Assembly (NCBI GenBank): GCA_008632985.1
Contig: QPGO01000009.1
Span: forward strand, 248,001-312,000
Direction of reading: 5' to 3'
Length of the DNA: 64,000 bases
Source: Psammoneis japonica
Taxonomy: Eukaryota
In this document: one piece after another, positions 10,602-24,017 of the stretch
Position numbering within the stretch: position 1 is the first letter of the stretch
Layout: every line of letters starts with the position of its first letter
The notes under the pieces: model-generated
The model's database searches: none
The model's input: the letters and a program-made list of their open reading frames with translations, nothing else
What the model was told of the DNA's origin: nothing
Position numbers and translations under genes: made by a program

Positions 10602-12344
10602 CTGAGATGATTTTTCCCGACCTCAGTCTTTGCCAAAAAGACAACAAAACGATGCTGCGCAGCTTGGATGAAAGGGTTTGGTCCCATGGGGGCACACATG
10701 TGCAAGTGCTGTGGAGGCACCACATGTGCGGCAAAACCTGTGGTTGCTCCATTGCACACAGTGCATTGCACCAACACAAAGAGCATGCACTGACACAGCA
10801 AACAGCATGCCAGCAACACATTCTGCAATGACTTTTGGGCAAGCATTGGCAAATGTGACCAATCGTTTCTTTTCAAAAGAGGAATCTCCAAGGAGCTGCT
10901 GCAAGGTTGCTTGCCTCTTTCACTGGTGTGGTGCTCTTGACAAGAAAAACCACCAGCGCTTTTGCCATGACTTCTCATGGCACAAAGAGAGCAAAAAATG
11001 CTGGCTTGAGAGTGCTGCTGCATCTCTGCCAGCAGTGCTGAAACAACCAGACCAACCCACACTTTCATTGCAATGAGTTGCAAAACTAAAAAAGTGACTT
11101 CAGCTGGCCAAGCTTGTTGCCACTGCTGCTGGTGCAGTGAGCTTGGAGGAAGAGGAGAGAGGAGAGGGCACTGAGCAGCATGCCAGCCAAAGCAACAGAG
11201 GATTTTTGACCCCTGCCATTGTTGAAAACTTGTGAGCTCTCATCAGCTCAATTTTTGGAAAGCTTCCCCAGCACCCAGCATTTTTTGAACATTGCCTGTG
11301 GCATGCCCAGGGGGCATGTTCTTGGTGTGCTTTCCCCTCCCCCCCTTGAGACCCGCCTCCTTGCTTTTGTCAGAATGCTGCCAAAAGCATTTGCTGCCAG
11401 CTCTTTGTTCTCTTGCAGTCAGGACAAGCCCAAGTGTGACCCAGTCAAGATGTGACAGCTGTGACTCTCAGCACACATTGCCTGCCACCCTGAAAAGCAG
11501 CTCATGGTGCACAGCACCTCTCTTGAGCTTTGCACCTTGTCCTCTCAAGCTTCCTCTCTGATGTGTCCTCAGCCCAAAAAGAAAGATGGTGAGGAGGCCT
11601 GCTGTGTGGAGCAGAGATGTCAAACATGCAGCCATGGAAGGCAGGCACCAAGGACTCCAACAGCATGGTTTGGTTGCTCTGTGTGACCACTGTGTGGCGT
11701 GCCAAGCTGTGGTCAAAGGCCAAAGCACTGGTGGCCTTCAAGACATCCAAAGTGACAACAGAGAAAGCAACATGAAGCAAGTGTGCATTTGAGGTTGGAG
11801 GCAGACTCTGTCTTGACCAAGTGTGCTGTTGTCAACTTGTTGAGATGGCAACAATCTTTTGAGTGAGTTGAGGATTTTGACCCAAGATTTGTTTGGCAAT
11901 GTTGTGCTGCTTTTGGCTGAGCTGCACAGTCAGCCATGAAACAAAGCATTGCTGAGAAAATGAGGGCTTCATTTTTTGTGGTGGGCACAAACTCCATTGC
12001 CATGTCTTGGCCACCCCAGGTCAAATGCCCCTGAGTGGCTGCACCAATGGTGTGCAAACTGTGTTGTTGGAGACCACAGTCCTTGCTGGCATGATCATCA
12101 CAAAGGCAGGTTGTGTGGTGGACACACACCCATGTGTTGTCACTTTGAAAGACCTTGCAAACATCACTCAAGGTGGATGACTTGTGCAGAGCTCATGCAC
12201 TCTTGGAGCACAACTCAGCAGCAGTGCTTTTGCATGGTCACAGCCCCCACCTCCTGCCAGTCAAAAGTGCTTTGCACACCTGGTTGAGTGTGGGGCAGCA
12301 GAGTGCTGGTTGCTGATGTGGCATCTGGGGCAGACTTGTCATTG

Positions 12345-14300
12345 CTGCAAACACTGAGCACCATGAGCCCCACACCACTTCAAAAGATCCTCAACAGACT
12401 TGTTCCAGACTTGGGTGCGCAAACGTGCAAAAAAATGCCCCTTTTTGCATGAAACACACAGCCCAAACTGCAAACACTGAGCACCATGAGCCCCACACCA
12501 CTTCAAAATGAGTGGACTGGCCCAATTGTGGTGTCTTTGCACTCTTGATTTGGGAAACTGCAAGCCTTGTTTTGGGCAGCAGCAGCCCCTTGCGTGATTC
12601 CTCCACAATTAAGAAGATGCCCAGCTGCACAAGGTGTGGAAGCATGAGGCCCACAGATGTGGCAAAGGAGGTGGTGTGCAGTTGTCTCGGGATGGCATTG
12701 GAGGACTCCAGTGGGTTGCCACCAGGGACATGCCAACAACCATGGTTGGGGAGCAAATGCCTTGTCTTGAATCAATGCAGCACCTTGAATCTCTGACACC
12801 ATGACTGGCTTTGGCACAGCCAGCCAACCTGCAGAGACAAGGGAAGCATCTGTGTGACAGCACAAGTGCTCCTCCATTGTCTTGGGATGGCATTGGATGA
12901 CTCCATTGGGTTCCAGAGGATGCAATGACAACAATGGTTGGGAAGCAAAGACCTTGTCTTGTGTCAACACAGCACCCTGTCTCTTTGACAAGACTGGGTT
13001 CTCTGGCCCAGCCACCCCACCTGCAAGGACAAGAAAACCATCTGTGTGAAAGTGCAAGTGCTCTGTTGTCTTGGGGTTGTGTTGGATGACTCCATTGGAT
13101 CCCAGAAAATGCATTGGCAACAATGGCTGGGAAAAAAGGCCTTGTCTTGTGTTAATGCAGGACCTTGTCTCTCTGACATGACTGGGTTTGGCCCAGCCAC
13201 CCCATGCGCAGAGACAAGAAAACCATCTGTGCAATGGTGCAAGTGCTCAGTTGTCTTGGGGTGGCTTTTGGTGACTCCATTGGATCCCAGAGGAGCCAAC
13301 AACAAGAATGGCTGGGAAGCAAAGGCACTGTCTTGTGTCAATGCAGCCCTTTGTCTCTCTGACATGACTGGGTTTGGCACCTTGCCACCCCACCTGCAGA
13401 GACAAGAAAACCGAGACAAGAAAACCATCTGTGTGCCCAGTTGTCTTGGGATGGCCTTTGGTGGTTCCATTGGATCCCAGAGGACACAACAACAACAATG
13501 GTTGGGAAGCACAGGCCTTGTCTTGTGCCAGTGCAGCATCTTGTCTCTCTGACATGACTGGGTTTGGCCCAGCCAAGAACCAATTTGCAAGAAAGACAAG
13601 GGAGCCATCTGTGTGACAGCACAAGCACTCAGTTGTCTTGGAATGGCACAAGAGACTTCGTTGAGTCCCTGAGAAGGCAAAAACAACAATGGTTGGGAAG
13701 CAAAAGCCTGGCCCTGGGCCAATGCAGCCCCTTTTTCTGTCTCATGTGATTGGCTTGCTTTGGCCCAGCCAACCCACATGCAGAGACAAGGGAGCTTTCT
13801 GCACCGTGTGATAGCACAAGTGCCCAGTTGTCTTTGGATGGCCTTGGGTGCCTCCATTGTGTCCCAGGGGAGCCACCAGCAACAACCAGGGCAGGGAGTC
13901 ACTGAGTGGAAATTCATGGTGTCACCTCTCTCTTGTTTGGGTGAAAAACCAAGAGAGAGCAGATGAGCATGACCCACCTTCAAGTTGCCCACTTTCTTTG
14001 CAAGGTTGGTCTCCAAAGTTGTCATTTCACTGGAATGAAGGGTCTGTTTCTGAGCTTTCTGGGGAGAGGCAATTGTCTTGTTGGCAGCGGCAATTTTTGA
14101 ACACACCAAATGGCAAAAAGGTGTTGATTGAACAAGTCCCAGAGCTGGGGCGAGTGTGCAGCACAAGGAGTGTGAAAATTTCAATCTCAACAAGAACACA
14201 TTGGTGTGATGGGGTCAAACTTTTTGTTGAATGCATGCATGACATTGACAACTGAATGATTCATTGAGGTTGTTTCAAACCTTTCAAACCATTCAAACCA
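12345..14300 (-). repeat. Diverged tandem array of ~185-190-bp units (family A) plus flank; inverted homologue of ~50470-52700
   Basis: CTCTGACATGACTGGGTTTGGC-like anchor recurs at ~12790, 12981, 13170, 13356 and 13546, and CAATGGTTGGGAAGCAAAG-like anchor recurs each unit. A 41-bp direct repeat lies at 12345 and 12468. Confidence 0.85.
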
Positions 14301-15073
14301 TCATGTTGCAACCAAATCCTTGATTTTTCAAGCAAAACTGTTGCTGAAAAAGAGATGCCAATGGGAATCAACTGATGGTCAGGCTTGCATTTTGGCCAAA
14401 AACACAAATTGTGGCTCTCCCTCACAAGACACAAAAAATGCAAACTCCAGTCACATGCAATGGGGACAGGCAACGGCATTGCGGATCATGGGATGGAACA
14501 AAATGCAGGACACAAGACACAAGGTGAGAAAACAAGAGTGGCAAATGCATGGAGATTGGGTGCACAATGCAAACAACTGATGTTTGCACACATCTTTGCA
14601 CACAGACATCTGGACATGCAACCTGAGCTGCAACGGAAGATGGGCAATGGGGGGAAGGGCACAAAGGCAAGCAGAAGCAGCACATGAGACAAGATTCCAA
14701 GAAACACAAGACATGCACAAGACCTGGTCATTGGCACAAAATTTTCTCTTGTTGCAGGTGATGCTTTGGTCTGCCAAACAGAAGGAATGCAAGACAGATT
14801 GTTGCAGGACAACGCGGTTGCCTGGTGCAGATGATTGCAGAGAGATTGAGAGTGGTCGCACAAGGGAGGACACAAGGACCAAAACATCACACCCATCTGG
14901 AGCTGGTGGAATGCAGGAGAAAAACAAGAGCGGGAAAAAGGGAGCATTTTTTGGTGTGCAGTGCAGAAATGACAAAATGGAACATTTGCAAGTGAGATGA
15001 CAAGTGGCACACAGCCGATGTGCAATCAGGTTGTCAAGTCAATTGAATGTCATCATTGTCAGAAATGAACAAT

Positions 15074-15835
15074 TTAAGATGGAAACAAAAGCAAATGACA
15101 AGTTTCATGGTTGGCGGTCACCACATTTTTCGACATTCCGCAGGGACGAGTTGGCGTCGTAGTCCACGAATGCGACAAGGTCGGACGCGGGAACTTGAGG
15201 ACGGCCTTGGCAACAACGCAAGGACCGGATCGTGTGTTGCTCTGCTCGAGTAAAATGTCCGCTTGAATGATTGGTGGTTCCGCAAGCCAACTCTTCATGG
15301 CATCAAGTGTAGCCATTTCAAAATCGTCGGGATCCGCGTCGGACGGGCAAGGCTTGAACACGAGTTCAACGCCTGCGAAAATGGACCTTGTGGGAGCAGA
15401 AAATAAAGTGGAAGCGCTCTTGATCACACAATCCACAGCAGTGTCCATTCTCGGCACTTGGGATGGACTTTTCATCACAATAGCCAAGGTAGAGCCTTGA
15501 CAGGTAGTGGAGTGAAACTTGAAAATCGGTTCGACTCGAAACTTGGTGGCAAGACGCGCGAGTTTCTCGATGTACGATTTGAACCAAGCGCCATGCGAAT
15601 TGAAGTATACAGCATTGACATTCGAGTATGGAACAATCGAAAGAGACTCTTGGGAAGTTGGGGTGAGAATGAATTGAGTCGTCCCCGCTTTCTCATCGTC
15701 GAAAAGCTTCTTCGAGATTGGCTCCAACGGGAGAAAGACGGCAAAGGCGGCGAGAACGGCTTTGCTCACCAAAGCGACGACACTGCCAAGGATGGCAGCA
15801 AAGAGGACACTACAGATCAAAAGGACGATCGACAT
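15074..15835 (-). CDS. Hypothetical protein with hydrophobic N-terminus
   Basis: ~250-aa ORF in normal-composition DNA starting MSIVLLICSVLFAAILGSVVALV. No recognisable domain. Confidence 0.35.
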   Translation of the reverse strand: MSIVLLICSVLFAAILGSVVALVSKAVLAAFAVFLPLEPISKKLFDDEKAGTTQFILTPTSQESLSIVPYSNVNAVYFNSHGAWFKSYIEKLARLATKFRVEPIFKFHSTTCQGSTLAIVMKSPSQVPRMDTAVDCVIKSASTLFSAPTRSIFAGVELVFKPCPSDADPDDFEMATLDAMKSWLAEPPIIQADILLEQSNTRSGPCVVAKAVLKFPRPTLSHSWTTTPTRPCGMSKNVVTANHETCHLLLFPS

Positions 15836-17399
15836 GGTTGATAGAGGTTGGTAGTTACCGCAGCGATACAGTGTCAAAAGACCAGGTGTCCGTGTTGTGA
15901 GAGCTGAGCGTGGGAGAATTTCTCGTTCGGATTTTCGAGGCTTTGAGTGTTCAGTACCAAGGCTACATGGGTTCTACGTACAGAGATTTTGAAATTCAAG
16001 CGTGATTCAAGGACTGGCACGTTTTTATTTTGTGATCGAAACCTAACGACAATCTTTCCTCTTCCCCAAAGATGGCCAATACCGGTTCTGAGACTTGTGA
16101 CGTACCGACTTTTTGACTGTCTGGTGATGATTTGATGGCTCCGTGATGTCGTCGTTTCTACAATGCCTACGTACCAACACAGCTAAAGTCAAACGTTCTC
16201 GGCGACATTATCCTACGTATTGTTACTGTGTAAAAAGCTAATAGATCTCTTTCGAATATTTCATTATATTCCATCTAGTTTTGTTTACCGGACGATAGAA
16301 TTCCGTTTTCGTTTTGCGACGCGACATGCAATTGAGCAACGTAGTTACCGAAACTGATATTGTTTGGGGTATATCATAATCCATGCTCTCTATTGACCGA
16401 GCTCCTTCTGATGGAAGCATGCCATTAAGAAGCACTTCTTGAGAAGTAGGGACGGCAGCGCCTCTTTCTTATCGAATTTGTACGTGTTCGTTCTCCCTTG
16501 AGTTGATCCACCAGTACAGTTGCCCTGGTATTCAAAATGCCGTGTTTTCCCGTCATTTGCACCACCCCACGGAGTCGCTTTCCGTGATTGACTCGGAATA
16601 TACTAGCCTCCAATGATATTACTTCGAGTACAAATGATGCAATAATATGCGTCCCCCGTCGGTCCGGTTTCTTGGTGTTGTGAGCTTGAAGAAGGGTCGT
16701 AGTGACTGGCACGCTGTATTGTTCACGGAGAGAGAGACAGAGTAGGATGAGCACGACCTCGCTGCTTTCAAGCCGCAGTCTTGATGGGGATTAGCTAGGA
16801 AATTTTCGGGAAAAGCGTTTGTTTCTGCGATTTCGATTCTCCAAAACAACGAGTTTGTGCGTCAACAGAGCCACGGTCATATCCCATTCGTCGTCGAATC
16901 GCGAATCGGCAACACGTGAAGCCTTGTGCTGGACTCTATCATTCACAGCCAAAAAAGCATGGGGTGCAGTAATGTCACTTCTTGAATCTGGAAACGGATG
17001 TTACCCTCTCTTGTCGCACTGTGTGCTTCTGTTTTGTAGTCTTAAAACGTTGAACCTGCTCATCGTCAATTTTCTTGGAAGCAAGTTCTCGAATTTCAAA
17101 ATCCCTTGTGGACGAGAGACATGCCACGTGGAAGCAAAAAACTTTCTTCTGTATTTGGCACCCAAACAAACCGCCAAGCGAGCTCACAAGGATGCTGACT
17201 GCGACAACGAGCGAGCAACAAAAACGAGAAGATCGGTCGCCGGTCGCTCACCTCATTTCACAACGAGTGTTTGTTGGACCATGTTCTTCCTAATTTGTTC
17301 AAGCAAGGTCCGAGCCTGACCGAGATTGTCAGGTGCTTTGATGAGCCAGACAACAGTGCAAACACGTTTCAGTCGAGTGGAAAGCCGACGAGCTTCATG

Positions 17400-19100
17400 C
17401 TTGATGCACTGAATGCGCTGGCACACGACGACCAGCTTGGCTTGATTTTGTGCCCACTTCCAGCTGTCTTGCCCTGACCTGGTCACCACCATTGAATCAC
17501 TCATCAAGTTTCTCCAGTGAAATTTTGATGTGTGTTTTGCAACATTTCACGGGCACTTGAGGCGCAACGAAATTTGGTTCAGCAGCCACAACAACAACAG
17601 GGTGCTGGTGTGGGCTGGACTCTGGAGCATCAAGCCACACAGTGTGTTGAAGATCCTCAAGTTGAGCATGTTGGAACTCACCTCCAGAATCACCTGGCTT
17701 TGGCTTGAGTTGCAAATGACAAGGTTGATCCTCCTTTGTTGCTGGTTGTTTCCGATTTTGGCAGCAGTCTACATTCAGAACAGCAGCTGAGGAGCTCTCT
17801 TTCCAAAGCTGTTGCATTAAAATCAAGGCCATGAGGTTTGGAAAGCTCCGCACACTTGATCAATTTGCACGCATGGAATTGATTCAATGGACAAAAGTGC
17901 ACAACAACCTTCTGCCTGATGGCAGTGACCTGCATGCTAAATGTGTTGGCTTGGCATTTGAATTTGCCCATCTGATCTCTGTCATGCCTTGCCTCATGCA
18001 GAACGCACCCATCTGATCTCTGTCATGCCTTGCCTCATGCAAAACAGAGGGCGGGATGTAAATCGCGGTCATCTGAAAGCGTCTTTCTGATTTCTTGGTC
18101 TGTGGCAACAAGTCACTGTTGATGTTGATGATTGGTGACAGGGTGCTTGGAAATCGTGTGCCAAGCCAAAGTCCAGATGCTGATGTGTTGGACAGAGCAG
18201 GGGCCAACGCGCAGCGGCATCAGAAATGACTCATTTCCTGGCACCGGCAATGCCCGACAAAGATCCACAAGGCAAAGTGGTGCTCGCGCATTGGTTTCAT
18301 CTGAGCAAGTCTCGGACATGTCAAACTGAGTCCACCTTTCCCAGTTTTGGGTTGGCCAAGGGTTGCCTGACGGGACAGATGCAGATGAGTTTTGCAGCTG
18401 CGTCATGCTCACATCACTTGGGTGAGCTTGAAGGGACCCTTCCCACCGGCATGGGCGACAACCTCAAATTGAATGGGAACCTGGCCAGTCGCTGCAGCAT
18501 TCGCCCCAATTTGTCACAGATTCAATTTCTGACACATGGTCCAGACGTGCCATTTGAAAGATGGTGTTGCAAAGGTCAATCCAGGGGTGAGCTTGTGACC
18601 TGACTCTCAAGGATCCGGCGGCTGCAGTGCGTTTTTGCAGCGCACTTGCGTGTCTGTTCGAACGCAGAAATGAAGTGCCGAGGAGATGGCACAGAAATCT
18701 TCTTAGCAACTGTTCACGAAAGCTGGTCTTGGACGCCTTTTTCCTGTCTCACCCAGGATCCCAAGAATGTCACTCTCAGTGGAACCAAGCAAGACACCAA
18801 GAACAAAAACAGGATCATCTTCAAGATTGGTTTGCACTTCCTCCGCAAGTGTGAACAGCAGTCGGCAGCACATGCATTCCAACAAAAGGCATGAACAAGC
18901 TGCAGAAAAGAAGTTGCAGGAGGTGCAACATTGGGGCAGAGTGTTGACGAGTGCCAACGTTGATCGGTTGCAAGATGTGAAAAGAGCAGCAAGTCTCGCA
19001 GCGAAGCCTCTACAAATGTCAGTGCTCAGGATGGGCTCTGAACACATGAGAAAGTCCAGACGCTTGGCGTGGAAAAAAGTCAATGGGCATTTGCACCTGC
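17400..19100. other. TpA-depleted block 2 (decayed unidentified sequence)
   Basis: Very few TA, with Tyr nearly absent from track ORFs. CpG is less depleted than in blocks 1 and 5. A 34-bp direct repeat CCCATCTGATCTCTGTCATGCCTTGCCTCATGCA lies at ~17967 and ~18008. Confidence 0.7.
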
Positions 19101-19660
19101 AGTTTTGCTGTTAGATCGAAAATGTGACACCCGAAGAGATCTTTGCGAGATTACAATTACAGCAGCAGCAGGCGGCAAACTCTGTGTTGTTGCATCAGGT
19201 CAATGGATGAATGTGCGGTTCTTTGACGTCTTCTGGCCAATCGTCAACCATGCGGTGTGCCAATCGCAAGCAAGGATTCGAGATGATTCGTGCACCAGAA
19301 GATTCAAGGCTTCCAAAAGCTGCCGTCACCCGCACCACACAATGGAAAAGATGCTGTCCCATTCATTTTAGAGGCGCGGCAAAATGAAGGGCGGAATTCT
19401 TTTTTACCACAAGCAACATCATCACGCTGAAATCATCTGCTGACGGCCATTTTATCAACGCCATGGTGAATCTGCTCTTACAGAAACCTCATGTTCGCAA
19501 GCTGTCGCTCGTCATCACCTCTCACGGGTTCTTGTTGGCCTGTGCGAAGACTAGTTTTAGCATCATGTGGTAATAGCAAAACCCCTCTAGAGGTACATTT
19601 TAGGCACTGTGGCAATGGTCCATTGTGGACTATTTGTTGTTTTATCTATTATGAATTCCT

Positions 19661-22600
19661 TCAACCGCATGCAACTACCGGCTTTTTGGAGTCCGAGTCG
19701 TCAGACGCCGCAGCATCCGATTCAATGTCCTCCATGTTGTTCGGTCGGAGGACCAAATCTTGCTGCTCTTGGGCACTTGGTGCAATCGTTGCGTCTGTAT
19801 CAGCCGGAGCGGAACTCTCAATATCCTCCATTTGATCGACTCCTGCTGTAGCGATGCGCCGCCGCTTCATTTCAGTCTTTGATATTCCGCAATGCTTTGC
19901 TTCCATGGAAGTGGCAGAAGCGGAGGAAAGTGACTCATGTCCTAAAGGATTGTTCTCGGGCTCCAGTTGAATAACAAAATGTGTAGGGGAGACGTGGTGA
20001 TTTCGTCGATGATGAGAATCTTGAAACATTAGCATGAGGGAATGAGGATCAGACAGGAATGAATTCTCGTGCTTGCGTCTTTTGGGATTGTCCCTGGTTG
20101 AGTCCAGTTGGTCGTCTGCTTTTTTTGGCGGATGATGATGCTTTCCGTGGTGGTGATGAATGTGTCCTCCCTGATCTGTCACCACGGCATAGTCGACAGT
20201 ACTGAGAGACGACACTACTGGTGAAACAGTCATTCGACAAGATATTGAAGCCATCAGTCGATCTTTGTCATAAGGACCAGTTCCTTGGCTTCTCAGATCA
20301 TCGTGCGAGGTAGCCGTATACTTCTCAGGAGACGCAGAGACCTTGTGGACTACTGTGACGTTTCGTCCAACAATAGGGTGCTGTGGCATGGCTGTCACGT
20401 GAACAATGTGGTGGCGGCCGAAGCCACTTGCAGAAACAAGGCGTTCTAAGCTCATTCCTCGATACGAGTCAGCGTCTGTCGGGAGACTAGCTGGGGCAGA
20501 AGTCGCCTCGGTTGGAGTAGTATCCACGCCGTTCTGGTCAGAAGAAGCCTTGAGCTCTCGCGGCATGCCAGGACCAGGAATTGACAGCAACGATGATATC
20601 GGCTTTCCAATCACAGAATGGCAGTTTATGCCTGATAGTCCCGAGTAGGCAGCGTTGGCGTGCACAACAAGAAATGGATGCATTGCTTGAACAAGAAGAC
20701 TGACAGAAACCAGCAAAGCACACAAATACAGGTTAGACATGTGCAAGAAAAGAATGAAAGTGAAAATTGAGTCGACTAACGTACCGCGCTGCTTTGGCAA
20801 AAGAAAGCACGTTGTCCAACGTGACAGGTTTACCAGGTCGAAGTGCGACCTCGGCAGAGCTTTCGCTACTTTCGGAGGACGCCATTTGCTTCTTCACCTC
20901 AGCTTCGTATTCTCTCCGCATGTTCATTCTTTTCCGCTTTTTGTCAATGAGTTTCTGTTCTCGTACAGCATTTTGCTCGTCAGTAGTTTCTGGTGCTGGC
21001 ATAGAAGCGTTGAACGACACGGCAGGGAGCTGAGCTTGAGAGGTTCGACTAGCCACGTCTTGTCCTGTAGCACTTGTATCAACCTGAAGAGCGCGTCTTT
21101 CTTGTACCGGTACTTGGACAGAACTCGCTTGCTCTTCTTTATTTTCGTCAGAGTTAGAATTAGCATCACCGCCACTGTTTTCATTGTTTCCATTGTCCGT
21201 GCTACTCCCTTTGCCATCATTGCCGCTTCCTGAGCTACCGTTGGCGCTAGCACTCTGGCCGCCGCTACCACTACCAGATCCTGATGTCGAGGTCGTCAGA
21301 TTGTTTCCAGTAGAGCTGCTTCCAGTTCTTTCTGAAGATTCAGTGACCACACGCGGCGGCATTGGGTGATGATGAATACCGTCGCCTATCGCGCGTATTG
21401 GAGCTTGAAGGTCAACGTTGATCGCTTGATCTTCTGAAGAAGATTGGGATGTAGTGGAGCTTTCCTGGTGCCGTCGCATTGGTGGCGCCATCAGCTGAAC
21501 TTCATCTACTTGAGGATCTGGGGGGCCTGGTGCCTCTGGTGCTTCTGGCGGGCCGGGTCCATCTGCTTGTTGAGGCATGGATTGCTCACTCCCTCTATCT
21601 GAATAGGCGGAGCTACTGCTGGCGCCATGGTGCGCTTTGCGCTTCACATGCTTTCGCTTTACTCGTGCCAAAACAACCATGGAAGACGCATCACTCTCTT
21701 CCTTTGCTACTGCGCTTTGATGCGACGTATCCGTATTCATTGAAGTATCGTTTTGGTAGGCACTGGCAGAAACCTCAGCGGCATGTTCTCTGTTAGAAGC
21801 AGATGGTTGCGAGTTTGATGCAGAAGCCGAGTCAGAGGATCCCGTATTGGAATTCGTGGTGGTGAAGAAAGACGTAAAGCCCTCGGAGGACAATTCTGAG
21901 CCGCTTCCTTCGCGCTGTTGTCCCGTCTTATGATGTTCCGCTTCTGGTGTTGTCATTTGTAGGCCGCTCACGGAAAAGAACGGACGGACGGCTTCCAGCA
22001 AACTCATGTAGTGATCAGCAGACGGTGCAGGAAATGTCACTACGTTGTTAGTATCCTTGTTCTCGTCCGCATTGGGAAGGATTGGCAAAGGTAATCCAGG
22101 ATCACTTCCTTTCATGATATGCTGGACAGTGCTGATATCAATACGAGGGTCCATTGGGTGCTCAATTCGTATTCCGTTCCATTGAGGCATCTGTCCGCGA
22201 TACGCCGCAGGTGAGGCCGATGCCGCGTTGGCCATGCGGCTTTCTCGGCGCATTGACTTGTGCAAAGCCTCGGCCAGAGAATCGACAGTGGTGGACTGAT
22301 GGATCTGACTCCCCGAGGAATCCATTGTCGCTGCTCCATCTCCGTTTGACTTTGAGACATTATCTTGATCCGCGCTGTGCTGCAGACTACGCCGAAGAAC
22401 ACCCAAACCGCTGATCTTGTGCACAAGATTATGAAGCCCCTTACGCTGTTGCGATGCATCCGAAGAGCTTTCGGATGATGAATAGTCAGCGCTGTAGCCT
22501 CCTCCACTCCCTGATGCCTGGCCGCCGCTGCTGGCGCTTGATTCTTCCGGTGATCGATGTTCAAAAGCCCCTTTTCCCACTACTGCTTCCAACGTTTTCA

Positions 22601-22700
22601 TTGTGAGGGTACTTTCTTTTATACCGTTTTGCTCTGATTGAACGCCACTGAGGACTTGGGCTTGCTGCGTAGAATCCGAATAGTTGTGTGTTGATGTCAT
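19661..22700 (-). CDS. Large Ser/Gly-rich protein with basic NLS-like segment and C-terminal PAS-like domain (paralogue A); exons 22700-20785 and 20699-19661
   Basis: Two long ORFs join in frame through a GTACGT...CTAAC...TCAG intron (20784-20700), giving AKAAR^LLVQAMHPFLVVHANAAYSGLSG...VIGKPISSLL, a PAS N-terminal strand/helix pattern. Confidence 0.75.
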
Positions 22701-22919
22701 CGTGCATGGTTGGAGTCGTCTTCGTTGCCTTGATGGTTTTGTGGCAAAAGAACGAGAAGGTCGCAAACAGTCTTGTCAAAGTCGGAAATCTCTTTATGTA
22801 CTGATGACGATATCTAAGTTTCGTCGGACGCACATTATTTAACACATCGATTCAGTGTCGATTTCTTTATCCAATCAGAACGTATGAAGTGAAAACGTCA
22901 CCCCTTTGTTGATGAGCGT

Positions 22920-23404
22920 CAGTGTTGGTTCGCGCGGTCGTGGTGGGTGGCGCGCGCGCTCCGATGTCTGCCGTCATCCGTTTTCTCATCCCCTCCCCCA
23001 ATCACACATGTGACAACGGGCTCTGGTCTGTGCCACATTGTCTCTGCTCTACTAGAGTTCGGTGGGGACAAGCCATGATGTTTGTTGAAAAATGAGACAT
23101 TGACACCCTCGACCCCATTTTGTGGTGCGTGCATTGCGTGTGTGTGAGGGACAGCAGCGGCAAAAGAGCTCTCTCTCCTGAGCAGCACAGAGTGTGCAAA
23201 AAAAGAGCACCAGCCAGCAGCCTGAGAGGACACAGACCACAAGAGTGTGATTCTTCTCCATCTGGTGTGGAGGCACCAAGGCCAAGTTTCATCCTTCTGG
23301 TTGCTGTTGCCATTTGCCAAGAGCAAGATTTCAGCCAGCATCCTCGCGCCACACAGAAAAAAAAACTTGTCGCAAAAAACAGGTGCAGAGGTTGTGCGAG
23401 GACA

Positions 23405-23440
<36 letters not shown>

Positions 23441-23530
23441 CAAATTTTGCAGGGCAGTTCTCTGATGTTTGTCAGTTCTTTGAAGAAGTTGAGGACACCA
23501 ACAACAACTCTCTGCTCACTCAGCATGTCA
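22920..23530. other. Short TpA-depleted island with a (CA)n microsatellite (23408-23439) between divergent PAS-like genes
   Basis: The ~600 bp has essentially one TA cluster (~23050), while the flanks have normal TA content. The CA run is pure. Confidence 0.7.
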
Positions 23531-24017
23531 CACGTCCGAAGCTCGGTGAGACAGTCGAATTAGTCCGACGGTGACAAACGACGAAGTGGGGGGCGTCTTT
23601 GGAAGTGAGATCGTCGAAGGCGGTCTGATCGCCAGTGCGTTTGGGGTTTTCCCAGTACAATTTGTACGCAAAAGAAAACACGTAGGATCTGTCCAGAGGT
23701 CCCAAATACCCAATCGCACTGATTGACAGACTGTTTTAGTACAAATTCTACGTAACTTTCTTCGACAGTCTCACTTCCGAAGACGTCCCCCAGAAGGGTG
23801 ACGTCAATTTGCATACCCTAAATCGAAACGGAAAGCGAACGCTATTTTCGTCATATCGTTAAATAATGATCATTGACGGCTGAATGAGTCATCCCCTCCA
23901 GTTGATTGCCCACGAAGATGCGCCGTATGTATCGATGGTGGAATGAGGTGACATCATTTCGTCGATCGTGGTGCCTGTCATAAAATCAACAGCGAAAACT
24001 TCAAGGAACACATCACC

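Larger units (their letters stand above)
9475..15065. other. TpA- and CpG-depleted, TpG/CpA-rich block 1 (decayed gene plus repeat array)
   Basis: TA dinucleotides are common up to ~9465 and then almost vanish. ORF-track proteins inside lack Tyr (e.g. the 411-aa 12964-14199 ORF has none) and are rich in Cys/His/Gln/Trp. Normal composition resumes at ~15070. Confidence 0.9.

Noticed and set aside
20560..20700. PAS-like domain of paralogue A as a LOV photoreceptor (contains NC in GINCHS)
   Set aside because: The Cys is not in the GRNCRFLQ position, which reads GKPISSLL here, and it is absent from paralogues B and C.
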